Part shown: one piece after another, positions 33,601 to 36,885 of the stretch
Position numbering within the stretch: position 1 is the stretch's first letter
How the letters are laid out: every line of letters begins with the position of its first letter
DNA from: a virus
Taxonomy: Duplodnaviria > Caudoviricetes
Length of the DNA: 36,885 nucleotides
Direction: 5' to 3' (one strand)
Virus record (IMG/VR): IMGVR_UViG_3300042376_000499
Span: 1-36,885 of that record
Made by a program: the position numbers and the translations under genes
The notes under the pieces: generated by a model
Told to the model about the DNA's origin: nothing
The model's input: only the letters and a program-made list of their open reading frames with translations
The model's database searches: none

Positions 33601-33885
33601 GATGTCCTGCCCCACGCCGAACCGCTTGCCGAGAACGTCAGCCTGCGCCGCCTCGTCGGGGTTCACCTCGGATGCAGCCATGAGCGAGGACGCCATGTCC
33701 TGGTTCCGCTGCGCCGCAATGTCCTGCACGGCGCGATCAATGTCCATGTCCACAGGTTCCGGCGCTGGCATCGGAACGCCAGACATGCCGGCCACCGCCT
33801 TCTCAATGGCGTCGAAACCGGGGTCCGTGGGATTCTGGGAGGGCGCGAAACGCGCCATCTGCTGGTTGATATCGGGTTCGATCAT
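24610..33885 (-). CDS. Giant internal virion (ejected) polyvalent protein, ~3,091 aa
   Basis: Third internal virion gene position before the tailspike; Gly/Ala hydrophobic N-terminal region, variable middle with GrpE-like and ART-like domains, HELIH motif, helical C-terminus. ATGA coupling favours start 33885. Confidence 0.85.
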   Translation of the reverse strand: MIEPDINQQMARFAPSQNPTDPGFDAIEKAVAGMSGVPMPAPEPVDMDIDRAVQDIAAQRNQDMASSLMAASEVNPDEAAQADVLGKRFGVGQDIALRNMAEMRRQAMVQDTERMDLLRKDPVLARYIADREFAAQASDDVGVLSMLRPLVLEAAMLQTQGGLFRVVGAGYERGAIVSERGDIGAKAMAGFAEPGDFDRAKELTQRMQALGQQGLVGSAAEMIAQNVSQLRTIGTATVGGAALGSLAGPAGTVAGGALGASAGVMAGTGTMEAGNLYLDMREEGVSDDAAIPAAVAGGFLNGLIEVVGMKIASAPFKALASKVIREEVSKAIAQPTMRSALIAAGKAYGLQVGGEAAEEGLQEIVGIASEEIAKAADGIDSETSLRDATGRVIEAFAYGGMASALLGGIGPGANLVVNLRRASATQRQQDFFNGLAENRKESKLAQRNPQGYERFLAAQAQDTPAETIYIDAATARDVLAQSGTTTAQLEELLPGIRERLEQAVETGGDVTIPTSQFGARLANTELGNALLPHMRLSPDAMSATEAQAFAAERQAVVEEARTILAAKQEADAAFVAEAQQVEDEAFEQVRAVGQFTDIEARTIAKLRQAMVVVDAAEAGMTPAQYQRERGVPLQVRGEGMAVPVAPSQAVAPLTDTETNPLQTALGELSARAKEHNARVASDKLEKSNPIAKAGAAIKDSVRRINDAINANDEVEIAHQAWRLRNRLDNHRQDMDANTLGAVEGMLAKLDAFMQQRGIEIHNPIGEKYVDGWVEVEVVSWEEVDKRNPEPDTIKQTIRPIIRRNGQVASRGQVIATYATEADLKRHEEKEAQRKAEMRAKLEAKVVPWETSAAQEAGGTLEQAATVDASGVATPQYRRAWHKATTGQPITVTTWRSPGGTTAAQLTDFARERMARDTTLGNGWYGARDRDIAEIYGTPKQFEVTLQNPFVFSEADKNFVLKLTNDELQRIRNAGYDGIIVKGVNATLQGQDRSHLQVVAFNPETAVREVSAPLNQAAKLDADYLAAVERGDMEAAQRMVDEASGQPGQDAVTRDEQGNIVPLSRRFDITSPKLLDQAATLDADYLAAVERGDMEAAQRMVDEAASAQGYTVEAFHGTPEGGFTEFNESPSGLFFTNKPSVAQGYTYFRNPWLSPSNNAAVYRTRLRMQNPLVIDASGARNNNIPFPGREYQRTVFGQLPDGAVSVEEAARLAFESGYDGIIINNVMDSVSVDDKTRSTVYVVPAKEQAKLADPVTYDEQGNIVPLSRRFDITSPKLFEQAAAAPRLMAVHNLSADNLAFAERMGGLAVPSIGVVTEQAGGVEGFGEITLIGSREMADPSTSRVFEADAYSARFPQPEWPKVPVAKADKFVQRLREVSKKYDDSSIVDVTFDGMVNNPDASKISNYWMSSSAAMALFLRDKGIEIEPRMRVPSTLSGLDWNEIDALRPVYNAVNQNQSYDDMEASPEYAALQEAYANAIRAKYAPIADEMPAGRVEKYATEFGPGTMSRLQRDMQQTDRNKVSYSKTRDALETAIQPYQAEFKTWVDSTIREQFGAPFIRDGKLKKPYTLGNIVDAMTSAKVKGEEKGMTFGAGAARAAASEEFVDLEQMREAASTAIVDPEKYAEESKKSAVLLEAYRNAMADYSTLFNWRGQIDTWAALDGSMRAIARYGNRKRKSEKAMRDALRREGFDVSKMPPELIDQAIEAASALYTAPVPYFEAKPQRAVGLGEFKGAVIPSNASAETRSILERNNIPFVEYGSEQTRTADVRKFVDLLERGGKGVFFQAAAGPARGGFDPRTLNVLVGKGGDVSTLAHELIHLRVAEYLRMARGTTPPARVMDDLDTLFVFMGVKGATPQERLDNYETMTIDQRRPLEEKVTYNFEIYLYEGKAPSVELRGVFDRLAAWMRRVYKSIRDDLNAIYRREFGTDLPILTPEVRSVFDRMLASEEQIKRQEAISGMKGLFQTQAESGMGDAEWAAYQAMQQEATDAAVTDLNTASMRQLQWLGNARARILRDLQKKHEAKRKEVTAEVAATVKVEPVYRAMTYLRYGRFVDTDGAEVEVEGTHRLDIEKVRAMYAGMPSAESVEPIRATGMAVPANVRPDITPLGTGKYGMLGKDGLDPDVVAETFGYGSGDEMVRALLAAKPMKEAVAERTDAEMLRRFGEMNTPAALEAEVQKALHNEARARFVAVELRHIAKATQPVRVMLEAAKQIAADMISDMTVREVRPGEFVAAESRAARDADRIQRTYGITEPVEELVQRYGADRQQALIRAKRAQLYQNQLAAEALRVKEYVDKQVKYLRGVLRDSNVKRMGAAAADQIAGLLERFEVAQVSLKRLDERRTMAKYLADLEAAGVVPDIAEEITDEARRVNYKELKVSEFRDLVDAVRQIEHIGKNEQKMRLAEERAAFEEVRDEIVTRIRAVGKVRELQIDPRTPLTGIGRTAAFLRGFAAQHLKAASIARILDGGKEDGPLWNTIIRTANDASDMETRMRAEASLKLAEILKPVFALGNMGGKGMFFPSIGRSLNREARISIALNLGNDGNRQRLLDGEGWTMEKLQPVLESLTEAEWMAVQQVWDFIDGYRPEIAAKERRLYGKEPTWVTPVPFTVRTSDGKEVVLQGGYYPVKYDPVASDRVATVDAAEDAKRELQGAYTAATTRRSFVKARAKEVRDRPILYTLDAAFSGVNDVIHDLSWHEWLISTNRLLRDTQFANAVRETRGPEFLKQLRDWSKDNATGARGQQVAGESVLSWLRQGISASGLGFNVVSAAMQVTGFNQSIVRIGAKYVGQGIVQFSTSPFESSKMVAEKSSFMAERGRTQFREINEIKNRVRGQTEVARRVTAGTYFLMMNMQRSVDIPTWLGAYQKALDAGKDDARAVALADQAVRDSQGSGLVSDLAAVERGGPAMKLFTVFYSYMNTVYNMTAVQTMTARSKGKLAADYAMLLVVPVVLGYAIKSVIQPDAGEDELDPEALARKLAAEELSYLMGTMVIVREFGGAAQLVTGAEGARMGYGGPAGLRAVGEVYGLATQAGQLEFDRAFRRAAINTLGAFTGLPSAQVNRTIDGIEALVEGEVTGPTAVLAPLTGVQR
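30058..30845. repeat. Interleaved direct repeats within the giant gene (B-A-B-A on the plus strand)
   Basis: A: 30581-30662 vs 30764-30845 (82 bp, 2 mismatches). B: 30058-30118 vs 30667-30727 (61 bp, 4 mismatches). Confidence 0.9.
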
Positions 33886-35660
33886 TGAGGCTTGCCTGCG
33901 CGGAGCCAAGCCTCCGCAATGTTGCGGATGTCAGTCGGGAGTCCAGAACGCTCGAGTGCGGTGCGGATCTGCGTCATGCGTGCCGGCGGGATATCGCGGA
34001 GCATGATGTCCTGCTTGTCCACGGTCACATATGCCTGTGCGAGTTCACCAGGTGCCATCGACGCAAACGGAACTTCGGGATCACGACCCCATCGGCTGAC
34101 GAACACCTTGTCGAGAACGGTGCGGTCAATGATGCGCTGCTTCTCGTCGCGTGAGAGCTGGCGGCCGATGCGCTCCTGCTCGGCGTTGATGAGCGTCTTC
34201 ACGTTGTCGCGCATGTAAAGCGACTGTGCTGCTGCTGCTTCATCACCACGCGGCGGATTGGCAATCTTGTTGAATCCGTTCCGAAGCAGCGTGGACTCGA
34301 GCTGATCTGCGTCGATGGTCGCGGCGACGATGCGGTCAGGCTTGGTGCGCTCCGACATCAGCTTGACGAAAGTCGAATGCGTCATCTTGTTGCGGTTACG
34401 CTCAAGCCAGTCGCCCTCGGCGACAAGCGCCGGGTTGCGTGCAACCTGCTCCATCACCGTCATCTCGTCCTGCTGCCGCTGGCCTGCCATGTACTTGGCT
34501 CGGTCAACGGGCCGGAGCCGGCCGAACTGGTCTGCCGGCATATCGGCGATGCTGTTCCCAGGAACGGCGAGGAACTGCTCCGTGTTGTCGATCAGCGTGC
34601 GGTATTCCTGCTCAATCAGGGCATCGTCCTGCGCGAACTGCGTCCGCAATTCGGACTGGACAAACTTGCGAGTCTGATCATCCGCAATCTGATCGGTCAG
34701 AACCAACGCTTCGCGCAAGGTCGTCGGCGGTTCGACCGGGCCGTCTTTCTGCTGCCAGTAGGTGTCCGGGTCGCTCTTGGACATCAGAAGCCCCGTGTCC
34801 TTGATGCTCGATGCCAGTTCGCCAACCACCGACCGCTGACGGTTTGCATCAACGGAATCCGCGAGCGCCTGGCGAGTCTTGCCGTCGAGGCTATCCACGG
34901 TCGCGGAGTCGGACAGGAACTCGCTGGCACCCGCGTAGTTCTTCTCGGCCATCAGACCATTTACGATCCCGACCGCCATCCGGTCGTATACCTTCTGCTC
35001 GAGCTGCTTCATCTGCGCCGAGTCCGGCGCGTAGCCCATGAGTTGGCCGGCCTTGCGGATCTCATCGACGGCGGTATCGGCGTTGGCTGCGTACTGAATC
35101 AGACCGACTGGGCGACCCTCTGCATCCTTCAGACCGCGCTGCGAGTACGCCTGGATGGCGTAGTCGGCGCTCAATTCGGCGCGGGCCGTGGCCTCGTTCG
35201 TCTGGTAGACGCGAAGCTGCTGCACACGGTGCTGGCCCATGCGGCTCTGGAAGATGCCCATGTTGCGCGCAAGGATCGGGGAGAGCATCCGACGCTGCAC
35301 GTCGTTGTCGAGCATGCCCATTGCCGACTGCCCCGCCTGGGAGAGTTCGGCCTGCATGGTGTCGTAGTTCACCTCGGCATCCTTGCCGATCATGGACGAA
35401 TACTTATCGGCCACCGCCTGCATGCCCCTGCCAGCCGCTACGTCGGCTTCCTTGGTCTTCGCCTCGTCGATACCGTCTTGGATCGCCGAGCCGAGCCGGA
35501 ACGCCGCCATGCCCGTCTGCGTGAGCTGCTGACCAAACCGTGCGGCCTGCGGCGCTGCCAAGTTCTCAACGGGAGCGATGCCGGGGGCGGCGAAGTCGCC
35601 AATGTCGCCGGCCCCCTGCGGGGCGACCTGCGGGATGAAGCTGGTGGGTACGGTCGGCAT
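33882..35660 (-). CDS. Internal virion protein, 592 aa
   Basis: MPTVPT start, long helical protein, second gene of the ejected-protein trio; GAGG RBS. Confidence 0.75.
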   Translation of the reverse strand: MPTVPTSFIPQVAPQGAGDIGDFAAPGIAPVENLAAPQAARFGQQLTQTGMAAFRLGSAIQDGIDEAKTKEADVAAGRGMQAVADKYSSMIGKDAEVNYDTMQAELSQAGQSAMGMLDNDVQRRMLSPILARNMGIFQSRMGQHRVQQLRVYQTNEATARAELSADYAIQAYSQRGLKDAEGRPVGLIQYAANADTAVDEIRKAGQLMGYAPDSAQMKQLEQKVYDRMAVGIVNGLMAEKNYAGASEFLSDSATVDSLDGKTRQALADSVDANRQRSVVGELASSIKDTGLLMSKSDPDTYWQQKDGPVEPPTTLREALVLTDQIADDQTRKFVQSELRTQFAQDDALIEQEYRTLIDNTEQFLAVPGNSIADMPADQFGRLRPVDRAKYMAGQRQQDEMTVMEQVARNPALVAEGDWLERNRNKMTHSTFVKLMSERTKPDRIVAATIDADQLESTLLRNGFNKIANPPRGDEAAAAQSLYMRDNVKTLINAEQERIGRQLSRDEKQRIIDRTVLDKVFVSRWGRDPEVPFASMAPGELAQAYVTVDKQDIMLRDIPPARMTQIRTALERSGLPTDIRNIAEAWLRAGKPQ

Positions 35661-35663
35661 GGG

Positions 35664-36368
35664 TCAGATCCTCTGCGTGGAGACGCCCTCGAGCAACTCC
35701 TCGATGCGGCGGTTGCGCGCCCAAGTGGTGGCAATGTCGGTCGCACTGCCAAGCAGGCTCGTGCCGGCGGCGAGGCCCGGATAGATCGTGTTGGCGGTGG
35801 ACTGGAGGTTCTGCGCGGAAATGTCGGCCATCGTGGCACCGACTCCGATGTTGAAGGCCCGCAACCTTGCGGCCTCCTGCTCGCGCACCGTGGACGCGTT
35901 GATGTTCAGGCGGTCGATTTCCTTGACGAGGTCCATGCTGCCGATGATTTCTTTGGCGCTGCCAACGCCCAAGACGGCACCGCGTGAAGCAAGTGCTGCC
36001 TGCGCGCTCGCACGCGCCTGCCCAGCACGCATGGAATACTGCCCGAACCGAGCCGCACCCTCGCGGCCAATCTGCACTGCCGTGAACTCAGCGGCACGCT
36101 GGTTGATCCGCCCCATCTCGGCAGCGAACCGTTGGTTCTGGGCCTGCATCTTGAGCTGGTTCTGCTGGCTCTGTGCCGCGTAGAACGCGCCAATGGCGCC
36201 AGTGATCGAACCAAAGACCCCCGCGACGGGGCCAGCAACCGTCATTGTCTGAGCAAATTGCGAGGCGAATGACGGGGCCATTGTTCCCGCTCCAATGGCG
36301 TAAGACTGCCCGGTCAGCAGCGTCGGCCCGGTCGGGCTAGTGGAGAATGGAACTTGTACGACTGCCAT
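35664..36368 (-). CDS. Internal virion protein (T7 gp14-like position), 234 aa
   Basis: Gly/Ala hydrophobic stretch, Gln/Ala-rich helix, QAALASRGAVLGVGSA motif, TSLLGSA near the C-terminus. Confidence 0.75.
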   Translation of the reverse strand: MAVVQVPFSTSPTGPTLLTGQSYAIGAGTMAPSFASQFAQTMTVAGPVAGVFGSITGAIGAFYAAQSQQNQLKMQAQNQRFAAEMGRINQRAAEFTAVQIGREGAARFGQYSMRAGQARASAQAALASRGAVLGVGSAKEIIGSMDLVKEIDRLNINASTVREQEAARLRAFNIGVGATMADISAQNLQSTANTIYPGLAAGTSLLGSATDIATTWARNRRIEELLEGVSTQRI

Positions 36369-36369
36369 G

Positions 36370-36885
36370 TCAGCCTCCGATGCTCACTTCAAGGGTCAAT
36401 CCGACGATGGTGAGAGGAAGTGGGTCAGACTGACGCACATAAATGCGCCCCGCCTGCTGCCACGTCGGCGTGAGCTTGACACTGATTTCGTCCGTCTTGA
36501 GCGCAGGCGGCGAACCGTATGGCTCCGTAGTGCGTTGCTTGGCCTCGACGAGGTTGTCAGCGTTCGGGCCGACGAAGATTCCGCTCGAGCGGTACACGCG
36601 CAGGAATGCCTCATTGACGTTCTTGGCGCGCCCCTGGCCGAACGCCTCCATCTGGAGCGCCATCGGTAGCGTCTCGAGATCGCTGGCGTAGGGGAGGCCC
36701 ACATGGACGACCGTGCTTGCACGCTGCAACGCAGCCACCCCGCCCGTCACCGTCACCTGCGGCATCACGGCACCGTCCGCAAGGATGCTGACGGTCTTGC
36801 CCTCAAGGTGCGTCAGGCCGCCCACCGTATCACGTGCGAACGACCATACGGCCGTCGCCACGCCACGCAGAGCCACGGGCAGCAC
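36370..36885 (-). CDS. Tail tubular protein B (nozzle), C-terminal fragment
   Basis: GLTHLEGKTVSILADG, VHVGLPY and IYVRQSDPLPLTIVGL motifs; frame is open at the window edge. Confidence 0.88.
   Translation of the reverse strand: MLPVALRGVATAVWSFARDTVGGLTHLEGKTVSILADGAVMPQVTVTGGVAALQRASTVVHVGLPYASDLETLPMALQMEAFGQGRAKNVNEAFLRVYRSSGIFVGPNADNLVEAKQRTTEPYGSPPALKTDEISVKLTPTWQQAGRIYVRQSDPLPLTIVGLTLEVSIGG

Overview
This window looks like almost a whole circularly permuted genome of a short-tailed dsDNA phage with a BPP-1/epsilon15-type morphogenesis module. The tail tubular protein B gene appears to start at position 8 and end at 36370-36885, so probably only its middle is missing. The minus strand carries TerS, TerL, a GNAT-like gene, portal, scaffold, major capsid, cement, tail adaptor and nozzle, three internal virion proteins (one a ~3,090-aa polyvalent protein), two fibre/spike genes and lysis-like membrane genes. 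The plus strand carries an early/middle operon (wHTH gene, C5 DNA methyltransferase with a nested second-frame subunit, RusA, Bet/RecT, Gp157). I recognise no polymerase, primase, helicase, replication initiator, integrase, repressor or endolysin. Main observations: (1) a ~950-bp non-coding island at 9260-10200 with three head-to-tail promoter/terminator-bounded small RNA units, a fourth structured element, and an oppositely oriented ~360-nt structured RNA sitting where a replication initiator gene would be expected; (2) a late-promoter motif GTACCCGTAA-N16-TAnnnT found three times; (3) a cassette array joined at xQAA linkers inside the giant ejected protein, including GrpE-like and ART-like domains and an empty cassette beside a filled one; (4) a LAGLIDADG intein in a metallophosphoesterase. 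All family calls come from motif recognition by eye, with no database search, and RNA ends are estimates.
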